The position numbers were made by a program, and so were the translations under genes. From Eledone cirrhosa (lineage: Eukaryota), in assembly GCA_964016885.1 (NCBI GenBank), contig OZ024740.1, positions 380,742,001-380,806,000 on the forward strand: a DNA stretch of 64,000 nt, read 5' to 3'. Below the pieces are notes generated by a model, which saw only the letters and a list, made by a program, of their open reading frames with translations, did no database searches and had not been told where the DNA came from. Positions 1-15,140 of the stretch are shown here, piece after piece. Position 1 is the stretch's first letter, and each line of letters opens with the position of its first letter.

Positions 1-1857
1 TGCTACTTGTATCTCAATGACAGACAAGGGTGAAAACACCAAAAGCTATAGTATTCCTATAGAGAAGAGTGTTTTCGGGTTTTATTAGCTATGAAATACA
101 TAATACTGTATCAGAACCACATAAATCTTATAATTAATGAGATATGTATTACGTCCATCATCGATTCCGGTCTAGGTCGAGAGGAAAAGTTTTAGTAGTG
201 TTGTGGCACTTGCCGCTATGTCTATTAAGGATGTTTGTGTTTGTAGTGACAGGTACTATGAGAATTAAAGTTTGTATATGATCTATGTACAACCTGTGAT
301 AACGAACTTTGTAGTCTATTGGTATTTGTGGGAAGAGATTGGATCCTCAGAATTATAGGCGTACTCAATGATGGCTAGTTTGTATGAAATGTGGCACATG
401 TGAATACTTTAAGTGTATCTGTGGGACGTTTCTTTTCTTCATAGTGTCTTCTATGAGTGCTATAAATATTGAGTAGGTGTTTTTTGTAACTCTTAGTTTA
501 TTTATGTTGTTGAGTGTAGTTTGATGGTATTCGATGTTCTCTGTTATGAGAGTATTAGGCTACATGTTGCGTGTATGTGTAGGACGGTCATATTATTGTC
601 TATTAAAAAGAGGGCATTAGAAAAGGGATGATTCCTTATAGACATAATTTTGGAAATTGTAAATTCTGTTTTTTTTTTTTCGAAAAGAATGGCGTTTAAA
701 GCTTTACTAATATCAAAGTTGATATTTAGAATAGTGCGTGGGGACGATTTTTATTGTCAAAGCATCATATATTTTTGTATATAATTTTGTATGAGGTGAA
801 TGTAATAGTCTAAATTCATGATGTGAGTTGAAGGAAAGCGGAATGCACGGAGTGGCAGTGTAATTTAGGGAAATACGTCTAATTAGGTGAAACGTTAAAA
901 TGTCGCACTAAATGTCTTCCGCTTTTAATTGATTTCGTCACTCTTCAAACTCCGTCAAAATTTAGTTTCCTTTTTACCGATCTTGGGTTGGTAAAAGAAA
1001 TGCCGATAGTAAACTGAAGCCGATTCCATTAATTGAGATTTAGTCTTACGATCGCATAAAGGAAATGTATTTAGGTCATTGGAGCAATTGTATGTATACT
1101 AGCTAGATAATCTCAGATGAGAATATTGGCGGTACTTCAATAAAGTCCCCCAGCCTGCTAGATGTAGCAACTAAATAGTCCCCAAACAACACGCATTAAA
1201 AGATTAAAAGAAAGCATTTAGTATTTTGAATTGAACGTGATTGGTTAGAGCTAATCTGATACAACAATAAAACAATCCGATGATCGTTAGTTTTGATGGG
1301 AAAAAATGCTCCGTGATTTATTACTGATACCTCACAATTCATATTTATGTAATAATAACAAAAATATGACACGCATTCTTTTACTACAAACAATAGCAGT
1401 TAAAAACGTTTCGTTTTAAATTATATGAAATGCAAAGCATGCATAATGATGAGAGCTCAAGAGTTATAAATGAAACCAGAAGCTGGTACGTCTCAGATGA
1501 ACAATAAGATTTATATGGGCGTAAATTGTTAGTTATATAGGGAAAGGAATTGGGAATAAAAATGATACTAGCAGTGAGGATAAATTTGATATTGTAAGTC
1601 TATCACAGCCATAAAGCAATTAAATTTACGCCGCCACACATTACAAGTATGACAGACAATCTATCTTAAATTGTTTTACGGGGTTTATTAATCAAGATTG
1701 ATATGATTATGTGTGTATAGAAAAGTAAGGAAAACTAAGAAATATGCGAAGAAGCAAAAGAGAGAAAGATAGAGGAGGTCATGGGGAGATCGTGGGGAGA
1801 GATGGAGGATAAAGGGACAAGATTTAAACATCCAGAAATGCGTTACATGAGAATTAG

Positions 1858-2218
1858 TCTATCATAATATAATAAAGTGAAGAGTGCGGGACTGTGTCCT
1901 GAATATATATTTTTATCCCGTTAGTAAAATAATTACTTTGAATAAACAATATTACATAATTTATGTACTAAATTTCGTAGCTGTTGATTAAACATAAATA
2001 TTCTTATATATAATGATTGCTTATTTTAAAATTCACTTCCTTTAAAATTTTCAAATGTCAGTACTTCCGATTAAGATATAACAGACGTTATATTATAACG
2101 CTTATATAAACATTCATATATTTACATCGTTATATCATAACGTTTTATTGCGTATAATATCAATATGCACACAACACATGCTAACAGAAAACGACCCAAA
2201 GGGTGGTTTTTCTGCTAG
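1858..2218 (+). mobile_element. Non-autonomous Helitron-like element
   Basis: Starts TC (tctatcataatataat), ends with GC-richer hairpin cagaaaacgaccc-aaa-gggtggtttttctg followed by CTAG|T; homologous in reverse orientation to 47479-48191. Confidence 0.6.
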
Positions 2219-2484
2219 TAAGTATAATTATCTTGTCTGGAAGTAAGCAGTAATTTGTACACTAGCATTTGTAGACCATGCTACTAGATTGAAACGCTTT
2301 ATGCAAATGAGAGTATTTTAATACAGATAGTTAGAGACAAATGATTGAAACTTTATATAAAAGTATAGCAGAGAGTGTGAGAGAAAGAAAGAAAGAGGGA
2401 TAATATTTAGTCGCTACTCTCGGTTTGCTTCGGTTAATGTTTTGTATTATATTTCAGTAATTAATTTTCAGTATAATAAATAAC

Positions 2485-2745
2485 AGTTGTTCGATCAACG
2501 GAACAGCCATTTCATGAAATTGACTTGCAAGTGGTAGAAAATTCTCCTAGAATGTTGCAAATGGTATAACTGATGCACCTTTAATGTAATTCTCAGGGAG
2601 ATTCAGCGTGACAATGCTGACTCTTTGAATTACAGCTAGAGCTCATTTTTATCAGCTGAGTGAACTGAAACAATGTGAAATAAAGTGTCTTAATCAAGGA
2701 TACAATAAGCCGTCGGGAGATGAACTCACAGCCTTACGATTGTGA
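2485..2745 (-). mobile_element. tRNA-derived SINE, family 2 (diverged copy)
   Basis: Similar to 32922-33222 (gatcaacggaacagcc, gtaattctcagggagattcagcgtgaca, aagtgtcttaatcaagga, gaactcaca). Confidence 0.65.
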
Positions 2746-3299
2746 TTATTTTGTCTGACCCTTAAGCTTTTGCGTTTTGGGAGTTTTATGTTTTACGAGC
2801 TTGCCTATTTCTGGTGTCTATTAATGCTATCGTTTGATTATTTCTTGAAGTATGTACTGCAGTTGATGATCATAATGCTACTAAATTATGATTCCTATGA
2901 TCCTTTTTTTTTGTTTTTAAAAGTATTTTTGATTTCTTTGTTTCCTATTAGTTTATGAATGATATATGAGACATTTATATATTGAACGTATGAAATCAAC
3001 CAGCTTTCATTGTTTAGTCCTAGGATTCTATCACAAACTAACAGAGCCTTAATAAATCCTGTTCACATAGTAGAATAATAGTATCCTAATTTCGAAGTTT
3101 AGTGTAGATAATTATGGACATTTTCACTGCTACGTTTGTGCATTTATCATGCAGGTAATCTGTTCTAGCTTTAGCAGCTTTCTCTCGCTATGAAATATGG
3201 ATTAATTATTTAAATTTTAAGTATTTAATGTTAAACGTTTTCCTACCCTCATCTCTGGAGTCCTCTGGAAAGTGATCAAACCTCTGTTGAACCCTTAGT

Positions 3300-3570
3300 T
3301 GTTTATACAGATCACTACCACCAGTCTCAAAAAGAGTTGCCTGCCGACGAATGAAGCTGGCTGGGCACTGCATCCGTCATCCAGAAGAGATAGCATCTCA
3401 ACTTGTGCTCTGGAAACCGGCGGTCGGACGAAGAAGCGTGGGAAGACAGGCCGCTGAGAGATGCCAACATTGATAACATCGACGAACTGAGAAATGTCTA
3501 GCTCGACCGGGGCGAGTGGAGAAAGCGTGCTGAATCTTTGCGAGTGTAAACTCGGCCGAAGAAGAAGTAG
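3300..3570 (+). pseudogene. RTE-type LINE 3' fragment (C-terminus of RT ORF)
   Basis: Plus strand translates LPPVSKRVACRRMKLAGHCIRHPEEIASQLVLWKPAVGRRSVGR...DRGEWR, the typical RTE C-terminal 'RLxxxGHxxR...GxRxxGR...DRxxWR' block; frameshift and stops. Confidence 0.75.
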
Positions 3571-4589
3571 TGGTTTTCCTATCCATCGCATATTTCTGGT
3601 GACCCCCCTGGCGGTCTATATGATGCTGTATGATACTATGAATATTACGTAGTTCTATAACGGGGATTTTAATGTTGTTAATGCTGCACTGCTGAAGATT
3701 TACACGTTTGATTTCAGAAAGTTTATTTTTGTTTGTCAAGCATTTAATTTTAAATGTATTTATAACATATACATTTTGTGCGGACATGTTGTATTGATAA
3801 GGGAGCTAACAACAATATTCTTTGTGTCGTGGCTGCTTTCTTTTGGTGTTTTTTGTTATTTTTGTGTTTATTTCTTATGTATTTTAAAATTCTGTTAAAT
3901 GTTTTATAGACTTTGGAAGACACTTTTGTGTGGATTTTAGAATTTGCTTCTCATACATTCGTAACAGCTGTGTTTCTTTGATGGCGTTTGTTGGTGAGAG
4001 AAATATGTCAGTATCTCAAGAATTTCTCATTCGACCAGTATTCTAGCTTTGAAAATCCAATCTTCCAGTTTTCGTTTCTGGGACATTACATTTAGTATTT
4101 GTTGAGCATTGTCTACTAATATTTGAAGGAATTTGTGTGCAATACTTTACAGGTTGGGTGACTGTAAAGTGGCGTCCTATTTAGACCGTTGCTTAGTGGT
4201 AAATAGGGTTCGGTGGTGTTAGGGAAAACAATGGTAGCTACAAATGCTGATATGATGATTCAGGAGTGTGGTAATGGTTTGTGAGGATGGTTGCTATTCG
4301 AAATGTGACTGAAATGTATGCACACATGACAGTTTCACACAAATAACCCCACCTTTCTATACATTGTCAGGTTTAAAGAAGAAAGTACGGGAAATGCTAA
4401 GATTATAGAACGTCGTTAGAGAATATACGTGAAAAGGGCGTGGAATAGTGACATTCGTTGAGTCTCACGAAGGCTACGTCTTTTACGTGGAAGCATGCGA
4501 TACATGTTTTTGATCTTAACTATCGTGTTCTTTTAATGTATAGATGCTCAATTCATCTCCACACACACACATATATATATAAGTTAAGG

Positions 4590-4895
4590 TTAAACAACTC
4601 CTTCGGTAATGAATGGCCATGGGTTTTGTACCTAGAAGATTCAACTCCTAGGGACAAATGCGGGCAAGGTGTTTTTGTGAAAGACCAGCAGTCATCCATG
4701 CATACCAAACTCCACTCCATCGATGTTGTCCAAGGGAAAGGCAAAGGCCAATATAGCTTGGTACCACAGACGTTGCTACTCATTTCTACTAGTAGGTAGA
4801 CTGGAACAACTTGAAATAAAGTGTCTTGCTCAAAGACTCGGCACATCGCCCGGTTCAGAATTCAAACTCACAATTTTACGATTGTGACTCCCACC
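4590..4895 (-). mobile_element. tRNA-derived SINE, family 3
   Basis: Homologous to 55586-55921 (cctagaa, caaggt.gttt.tg.aagaccagcagtc.ccat, gtccaagggaaag, aagtgtcttgctcaag). Confidence 0.7.
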
Positions 4896-4956
<61 letters not shown>

Positions 4957-5394
4957 TAAACGAAAAATCAGTGATGCATCTGAACTCAAATTTATTGTTA
5001 CAATTGTTTCGCCGGCAGACAGCTCGAAACACGATCATTGTATGGATCTGTCTGATTCTGGACCTGCAGGTTAGACGGACACTTGCAATAATTTCGGATC
5101 AAATTTTCTCACTGGGGTGTTAGCCTCAAAAAATATCTTCCTCGCTTGTTCTGCTGTTGGCTGTTGTTTTTCTACGTCATCATAAATTCTGGCCAATAGT
5201 TGCTGTCAGACTGGCCATCAGCTGTCCCTCCGCCTGACACACTTCAATGAATTCATATATTGACTGGTAAAAGGTAGCAGTGATCTTAAATCTTCTCATT
5301 ATCCGACAAATAGATTATATTTAGTTTGAGGGAGGATGGTTGGTGTTTCGGACATACAGACTAGATATTAATAGAAAGTTAATTTTATTAATAC

Positions 5395-5516
5395 GGTGGA
5401 TTGGCAGTATTGACGCATAGAGTTAACTTTGCCTTTCATCCTTACGGGGTCGATAAAATAAAGTACCAGTAATGTACTGGGTAATTGCAGGCCTTGTGTC
5501 AAAAGTAGGAACAATT
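5395..5516 (+). mobile_element. tRNA-derived SINE, family 1 (internally deleted)
   Basis: gtggattggcagtatt head joined to gttaactttgcctttcatccttacggggtcgataaaataaagtaccag core. Confidence 0.8.
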
Positions 5517-5812
5517 AATACGATACAAGAGAAAGACACGTGATGGCGTTCAATAAGTAGAGTGGTGTATAAAATGATTTGCTTCTACATTAAAATAGGA
5601 ATATATATTTAGAAAATATATATTCTTGTATATCAAAATAGGAATATATATTTAGAAAATTATTTCTTTTCTCGAAGGTATAACTTCTATATTACAAGAA
5701 AGTAAAAATGAATGAAATGCGTATATGTTAATATTTATATCGGTGATAAAAGTATAAATTTCATATTTATGGATACGATATATCCATAAAATATCAAACC
5801 ACCCAATAATAT

Positions 5813-5987
5813 GTGGATTGGTAGTATCGGTAGAGGGTAGAACGTCATCCTTTGCAGCAAAGAGTTACGGCCCTTTATGGTCTGAGTTCAAATCCCGCCG
5901 ATGTTAACATCCTTACTGGGTCGATTAAATAAAGTACCAGTAATACACTGAAATAATTGCTGGCCTTGTGCCAAAAGTAGAAACAAT
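5813..5987 (+). mobile_element. tRNA-derived SINE, family 1
   Basis: B-box-like gagttcaaatcc, core and gccttgtgccaaaagtagaaacaat tail shared with about 10 copies in window. Confidence 0.85.
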
Positions 5988-6279
5988 ATAATTAAGAGCC
6001 TAGTTTATTTTAAAAATGTATCCGAAAGACACCGTGTTTTCCTCCGATGAACCGGTATTTATCCATGCATTGGAAGTAATGACGTACTCAATTGAAGTTG
6101 ATACACGAATATAGTGTAATACAAATAACTATATCAATAATTTAACGATTACTAATCGGTAAAAGTGTTTAACATTTAATTCACATTTATCTGCATCTGT
6201 AGATAAACTACTCCTCAAACTCCTCCTGACAATACATACTCTACCAAGAGAGATAGAGAGAGAAAAGAAAAATAGACGC

Positions 6280-6428
6280 CAGAATTGATACTGGTACTTT
6301 ATCAACCCCGACAGGATGAAAGGCAAAGTTGACAACGGAATGATTTGAACTCAGAGCTCAGTGAGCCGGAACATTCAACAAACCCTTTGAAATGTGACAC
6401 CTTAATATCTCTGTCAATTTGACGCCCT
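6280..6428 (-). mobile_element. tRNA-derived SINE, family 1 related (diverged)
   Basis: ctggtactttatcaaccccgacaggatgaaaggcaaagttgac...atttgaactcag core on minus strand. Confidence 0.65.
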
Positions 6429-6481
6429 CCATCTATATGTATAGATATTCAGATAAATATTTGTATATATATATGTATGTG

Positions 6482-6525
<44 letters not shown>

Positions 6526-6879
6526 AGAGAGGGGGGAGGGCGAGAGAAAGTATAAACAGAAAGACAATGCATAATTGGAAAACGACCGGATATTTAAACC
6601 TCAAACGAGTTTTTGTTTTGTTTGACCTTTCATGATTGCCTGAACCTATCATCCTGTTGCAAGTCGATAAAACAAACAGCAGTAACATCTTGAGGTAAGC
6701 ACTCAAGTAGGTCATCATTGAAAACGATGGCTGTCCCTAACTACGAGTTGAAAGTTCATGGAGCAGTAGAATATTGGCAGCTTTACGTCTAACTAAGCTT
6801 AAATAATACACAAATCCAGACAACGAATTTAGATTCATGTATGTAGGCCTCTTTCTCTTTTCCGTCCCAAATCCCTGCT

Positions 6880-7365
<486 letters not shown>

Positions 7366-7401
7366 CATATATTCATATATATATTCGTATATATATATTC
7401 G

Positions 7402-7535
<134 letters not shown>

Positions 7536-7954
7536 CATACATATAAGTCCTGTAGAAGGCTTTTTAATATTAAATATATATATATGTATGTGTATTAATA
7601 TTAAATATATGTATATGTATGTGTGTGTGTGTATATATATAAAATTTAAGAAGAGCAGAACAATTGTTCTGCTCTTCTTAATTTTTATAGTTCTGGTATC
7701 TCGAATTAGTACCATTGAACACCAATTATATTAAAGACACACTATATATCTCTATGGGTACTTAGTACATAGAGAGATATTTACCTCATTTTATATATAT
7801 ATATATGTGGGGGAGGGGGTAGCAATAATGGAATAAAATCATTTCCTTTAATTAATGATGTGTGGCGCTCTGCAAGAAGATATAAAATAAAAAACGAAAA
7901 ACACAAAATGAACTTTCTGAAGATCCTGAATATATACATTTCTTCTGTCATTTG

Positions 7955-8058
<104 letters not shown>

Positions 8059-8394
8059 TCTTCCATTGACGACATATAAAACACACAGCGGAGAAATAAC
8101 ATGAATGACATGCACACCTATAAAATGCACTCCATCTGCACACACATAACATTACCAATGATACTCCCAGACTCTCCACGTCAGCCCCCATCTCCACACA
8201 CCGGATTATTTGCCAGCCCTCCTCACCCATCCTGATAAAACTGTTTTATTACTCCAACCTTCCAGCCTCTTCTTTCTCCGAACTTTGCCCGTTCTTGATG
8301 AAGGACTAACATACGATATGTTGAAAAATTTGTTTCCAATTTTCAAGAAGTGTTAAAATGTTATTCTATCTCTGTGCTCGTTTTGTTTATCTTG

Positions 8395-8526
<132 letters not shown>

Positions 8527-8586
8527 GCGTGCGTGTGTGCGTGTGTGCGTGTGTGTACGTGTGTGTGTATGTGCTTGAATGAAAAA

Positions 8587-8635
<49 letters not shown>

Positions 8636-9264
8636 CATACAAACACAGACATGCCCAAATCTAAATACACACGCACACACAATCGTACGCACTCATCTAC
8701 ATAGAAACAACAGAAGAAAGCTCCCTGTGCGCACACACAGACACACTCACACGTACGCACATGCACAAAAAGAAAAACAAAGATCTCATAGGTATACACA
8801 CACACCTGTGTGCACACACACACCAATATAACACTTTTTCACACACACACAGATTGAAGCAATGCACACCTACCATTTTCATCCCTTCGGCACTCACACA
8901 CACATAACCATACTCATGACACACTTGGACCCTCCACACGGCCCCTACAACCAAATGCCGGACCTCTCGTTACCACCCCCAACCTACAAATCTCTTCCTA
9001 ACGCCCTTTTCCTAAATTCTTTTCCTAACTTTCATAAACCACTTTCATGTAGCTACCTGTTCTCTCATAATCCGAACTTTCCTGATGAAGTACTTCCGTC
9101 CGAAACATAGAACCCTCCTTCAAGTGTAACCTAATATGACTTTGTAATTTTGTATCCCTGTGTTTATTTTATTTCTTTTATCAACTATATATATATACAA
9201 ATGGAACCTGAACCGATAAGGTTTGGTTTATCGGGTATGTCACTATTTATAAAAACAAATTTTG

Positions 9265-9328
9265 TATTTTATCTGATGAGAGCGTACCAAAGTATTTTTG
9301 GTACCCTTGAAATATATATAATAAAATA
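9265..9328 (+). ncRNA. Type I minimal hammerhead ribozyme (family D)
   Basis: tattttat CTGATGA gagcgtaccaaa..tttggtaccctt GAAA tatataTA ataaaata; homolog at 38391. Confidence 0.85.
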
Positions 9329-9369
9329 AATATGATTTTATAAATCTAGTTTCTATTTATTAATATCAT

Positions 9370-9418
<49 letters not shown>

Positions 9419-9422
<4 letters not shown>

Positions 9423-9645
9423 AGTATATGTTGGTTGTGAAATAACAACCCAACCAGGAACTGGGCATATCAGAGTATTGACAAAGTTAAACACCTCAAC
9501 AACATGTGTACTCGTCTCTACCACACTAATTCGGACTGCCTGAAGAGGTCACAGCCAAAGATGGCTGTCACCGAAATATATATAGCAGTAATAAACGAAA
9601 CCAAATTTTAAACATTTGACTTACTTATTTTAGTTTATTTTATAT
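9419..9645 (+). mobile_element. Short HHR-bearing insertion in (TA)n (family C)
   Basis: Homolog of 6975-7305; first about 20 bp (ttttagtatatgttggttgt) is the reverse complement of the distal end seen at 7284-7304. Confidence 0.75.
9535..9589 (+). ncRNA. Type I minimal hammerhead ribozyme
   Basis: actgc CTGAAGA ggtcacagcca-aaga-tggctgtcacc GAAA tatataTA gcagt. Confidence 0.88.
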
Positions 9646-9664
9646 AAATATATATATATATATA

Positions 9665-10818
9665 TATGTAGATAAATCTACCAAGAGTTTACGGTAGTGT
9701 CCAATCCGTATGAAGAACTCAATGTATTCCGGATATCATGGAAAGAAGAGATGTAATGAAAAACGACTTTCGGTGAAAGATAAACGGTATACAGAGTCAA
9801 GATAAAATATTAAACAAATAATGAATAAACAATTCCTTATATTAAACAAAAAAAGTTCATTATTTAACGATCGTTTCTAGGATATATATGTGTTATAATT
9901 GGTATGCATATTCAACAGATCTATGTACAAAATTATACAAAATTATACAAATTATCAAGATTAAATATACATACCAAACACATATATACGCCGTCTTCAG
10001 AAATAATGAAGTATATTTATTGATAATAACAACAATTCAAAATTTCAGTTCAAAATTGACCAATGAAAACACAAAGGGTTAAATGCAGTTCGGTGTGTGT
10101 ATATACATGTAAAACCCTTACACATATTTTACAAAAATGTATGTATAATTTGTATACGCATACTAAAAGGATGGATGCAAATACGAAATTTCAAGGTTAA
10201 TATCTCTGTGAGCTTACAATGCGCAGATAAGATACTTATGAAATCAAGTATATAAATATATTTTTTCATACTCACACATATCAGTACAATCACACATACA
10301 CGCGCGTATATGCATAAATATACACATAACCACGAACATACAAACACACACACACCCCCACTCACATTTATATATGTGGATATAAAATCATAAGCACATG
10401 GATATTAATTCACTCACATAAAACACTGGCACACACATTTCTAGATCAAGATACAGAAATTAGGTGGGAGGGGGGGGAGGGGTCAGTATTCAACTGTCTG
10501 AGCAAACTGTCTAATATAAATGTATCTATAAATTAAGAAAAATAAAAAAATAAAACAATAAAATATAATAAATATAATATAATATACATACACATACAGA
10601 TATATACACATACATACATGTACGCACACATAGAAATATTTACGCATACACACATACACACATACACATATACAGTCATACACACACATACACTTACACG
10701 AACATACACATACACATATATAAAGATATATATATACACACACACACACACACGCAACACATACACACATACACATATATATAAAATAAATAATAAAGAT
10801 ATATACCTATATATATAT

Positions 10819-10869
<51 letters not shown>

Positions 10870-11157
10870 CACACACATACATCTAAATATACATACACAT
10901 ACATACACACATACATGTACATACATGTACATACATATACGCACATCGATATACATATATATATATATACATATATATATATACACACACATAGACATGT
11001 AGATACATACACACACAACTTACATACACACATATATATATACATGTATATTCATACATAGAATTAGATATATAATCATACATACTTATGCACTTACTTA
11101 TACTCATATATACAAATACATACGCATCTATATATGCATATATACATAAAAAAAAAA
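9665..11157 (-). repeat. Inverted pseudo-LTR of PLE-A
   Basis: Reverse complement of 15254-16752, near-identical except microsatellite lengths. Confidence 0.95.
9856..10010 (-). ncRNA. PLE-A type I hammerhead ribozyme (inverted copy)
   Basis: Reverse complement of 16407-16561. Confidence 0.85.
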
Positions 11158-11163
11158 TTAACT

Positions 11164-12910
11164 GGTAATTAACTGGTTTAAAAATATTAGGTGTAAATCT
11201 TCTGCTTCTTTCCTACAATTTGATATAGATAATTACTATTCTTCTATATCACCTATACTCCTGAACAAAGCATTGATATTTGCTAAAAATAGATCTAACT
11301 TAACTTTGGATGACATTAACATTATTACACATGCTAGACTAACACTTATTGAATTTCAGAATGAATACTGGACCAGAAACACATACAGTAATCTTTTTGA
11401 TATTACTATGGGTTCAAGCGATTCCGCCCAAATTACTGATCTTGTGGGCCTCTTTCTCCTTTTCAACATAAATGCCTCTTTTCCCCACCTCAAAGGTGGT
11501 TTATATCGTGATGACTGTCTTCTTCTTTCTAACAACCTTAGCCTTTCAGAAATCGAAAAAAACAAAAAACATATTAGAACTTTCCTTAAAGACTATTATA
11601 ATCTTAATATTACTTTTGAAAAAACAAGTAAAGTAGTAAATTTCCTAGATATAACTTTAGATTTAGCTACGGGTATCTACCAACCTTACCATAAACCTAA
11701 CCAAAACTTACATTACATACACTCACAATCTAATCACCCTAAATCTATCCTTAAAAACCTTGCATATAATATATCACTTAGAATTTCTAACCTTTCTTCT
11801 AACCAAGATGTATTTGATAAAAATGCGACCTTCTATAACGAAGCTCTAGATAGAAGTGGCCACAAAAATAGATTAGAGTATATACCTTCTACTAAAAATA
11901 CTGAAAGCATACAACATAATATTACCAACAAACACCAAATGAAAAGTACACACCTAAATGCCACCCACACTATACCCCAAAATACTAAATCTTCTAATAT
12001 AAAGTATAGTAACTCTCAAAAAACTACTCATCATACAACTATAATAAATATTAATAATAAAACTCCTAATAAAAAAGATAAAACACCTAAATCTACAAAT
12101 ATAACTAAAAATAGTTGTGGTGAGATCATTAACATTAATCCTCCTAGTAAAAATCACGATACAACCTATAAAAATAATAAAAATAATAAACAACATAGAA
12201 ACCGTAATAGACGGGTTACTTGGTATAATGCTCCTTTTAATTTACAAGTTAAGGATAATATTGCTAAAAAATTTTTTTATATCCTTGAGAAAAACTTCCC
12301 GCCAAACCACAAATACCATCAAATCTTAAATAGGTCTACAGTTAAATTCTCATACTCTACAACAAATAACATAAAACAAAATATAAGTGCATATAATGCA
12401 TATAAATGTAAGAAAACCATAAGTATACCACCAGTACATCAAATTAACCATAATATCTCCTCAAATACAGAATTAACGAAAGGATGTAACTGTAGAAACA
12501 AAGCAAACTGCCCATTAAAAGGGAATTGTCTTGTTAACAACATAGTCTATAAATGTAATGTTAAAACTAAAGATTCTATTTGCTCATATATAGGAGCTAC
12601 CTCTAACAATTTTAAGACAAGGTTTAATACCCACAAGCATAGTTTTAAAAATGCCGCACTGGCTAATACAACATCTCTAGCAGAAAAAATCAATAGTTAT
12701 AAAAATAAGAATATAAAATATGATTTGACCTGGAGTGTGCTCAAAAGAGCCACCCCTTATCAAAATAATAGAAATGAATGTAGATTATGTTCCCAAGAAC
12801 TATTTGAAATAATGAAGTCTAAGGATATCTTATTAAATAAACGACAGGAATTAATTATATCGTGTAATCATAAACTAAAAAAAACATTTAAATATTATAA
12901 ACCTAATTAA
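11164..12910 (+). pseudogene. 5'-truncated copy of PLE-A RT/GIY-YIG ORF
   Basis: Matches 17600-19346; begins mid-RT at the inversion junction, no native start. Confidence 0.92.
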
Positions 12911-13434
12911 TAACATTATTTTAGAAATTAATTTAATTTAAATGTTAGTTAACCTATAAATTTAATTTAATTAATATTTTATTACAGATGAGAATATAAA
13001 ATATTATGTAATCATAAATTGTGAAAAACCTTTAAATATTACTAATATATACTTAGTAATTTAATTTATAGATTAATTTTAATTTATTTAAACCTTTTAT
13101 TATAACTCTTTTACAGATAAAATATAACAAAATAATATCGTGTATCCAATGACAGAGAAATAATTTTTAGTATTATAGACCTAATTAATATACATTTTAG
13201 AAATATATTTATTATTTGGTTTTAGTTTTAATCAACCTAAAAATTTTAATTTTAATTTGCTTAAAATTAGTATCCTTATACAGACGAATTGCAGAATGTC
13301 ATGTAATCATAGAATGGGATGCGTTTTGGATATATACCTAGTTAATATATTCTGTGCAATTTTTTTGAAAAAGATATGTATATGTATATGTGTATGTGTA
13401 TGTGGGTGTGTGTATGTGTATGTGTATGTATGTA

Positions 13435-13495
<61 letters not shown>

Positions 13496-14620
13496 ATATG
13501 TATGTATATGTGTATGTGTTTGTATATGTATATGTATGCGTATTAATTTTGATTTCTATTTGCATATAATTATATTATGCTATTGATGAAATACAGTATC
13601 TGCTTTATGTATTGTATACCTAATTAACATATACTATTGAAATAAATATATAATTTTTAATTTAGTTAACATATAATTTATATTCTACTACCGATGTAAT
13701 ACTTTATTTTATTTTTTTCCCTATTACTAAATTCATTTCCTAATATTGATACCATAACGTTATTAACTTTAATTTAGTTATACTGTAATTAATAATCTAC
13801 TACTGTTTGACTTCAAAATTCTGCTTCAAATATTATAAACCTAACTAATTTACACCTTAGAAATCAATATGTTGACTATCTTTGGTTTAGTTAACATATG
13901 ATTAATGATATACTTATTTATTTTGAGATGCATAGATTTTGCCTTGGTTCTTGTTTGTCGTATTTCCTAACACTGAATATATGTAAGAACATACATTGGA
14001 TAAAAATACGGAAAATTTTCTATGTTTCTTGAAACATATATTTACTTTTCCCCTTCTCCAAACCCCCCCTTTCCCCCATACTATTATCATCTGTATTTGT
14101 AAGCGTCTATGTATGAATATATATGTAGGTAGGTGTCTATATAGGTTTGGGTATTTATATCTAAATATAAAAATACATATATGCGCATGCAAATATGAAT
14201 GTAAGATTGCGTGTGTATATATGAGTGTGTATATGTATGTATATATGTGTATATATGCATTATATATGTATGTGTATGTGAATGTGTGTACGTATATGTG
14301 TATGTATGTGTATATATGTGTATATATGTGTATGCATGTATATATAGGAATATATATATGTATATATATATGTATATGTATATGCGTGTGTATGTATGTG
14401 TGTGTATGTGTGTTGTATATATATGTATGTCTCTCTATTTATATGTTTATCTTCGTATCTATGTGATATATGTGTGTGTGTGTGTGCATGTATGCATATG
14501 TATGTGTTTATGTGTATTTGTGTGTGTGTGTGTACATATGTGTGTGTGCGCACACACACATATATATATGTGAGTGTGTATATGTGTCTGTGTATATGTG
14601 TGTGTGTATATATGTATATA

Positions 14621-14664
<44 letters not shown>

Positions 14665-14758
14665 TGTCTATGTGTGAATATATGTCTTTATTAGTATGTG
14701 TGTATTTATGTATGTATATGTTTATATGTATGTATGTATGTGTATGTATGTATGTATA

Positions 14759-14809
<51 letters not shown>

Positions 14810-14929
14810 CTTTATTATTATAATATAACTTATGTGTATGTATGTATAAGTGAGGTTGTGTACGTGTATATAATATGTGTATATATAAGTGTAATTAATG
14901 TATATATATATGTGCATGTCTGTTTTTTA

Positions 14930-14965
<36 letters not shown>

Positions 14966-15035
14966 CGTGTGTATATATATATATATATGTGGGTGTTTGT
15001 ATGTGTATTTATGGTGGTATGAGTGTGTGGATATC

Positions 15036-15077
<42 letters not shown>

Positions 15078-15080
15078 AGT

Positions 15081-15140
<60 letters not shown>

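Noticed and set aside
240-860. Possible decayed PLE coding remnants on minus strand (also about 3950-4330 and 62400-63020)
   Set aside because: Only faint motif resemblance with many frameshifts; needs tBLASTn/HMM search
3295-3787. Minus-strand ORFs of 98 and 129 aa
   Set aside because: Antisense shadows of the plus-strand RTE fragment
4996-5225. Possible minus-strand hammerhead (GAAACAATTGTA at about 5000)
   Set aside because: No intact CUGANGA with matching stem I found
9075-9115. ctgatga..cgaaac motif (also ttgatga at 8295, ttgacgg at 43365, ctgaggg at 46750)
   Set aside because: Core or stems broken; at most decayed HHR relics
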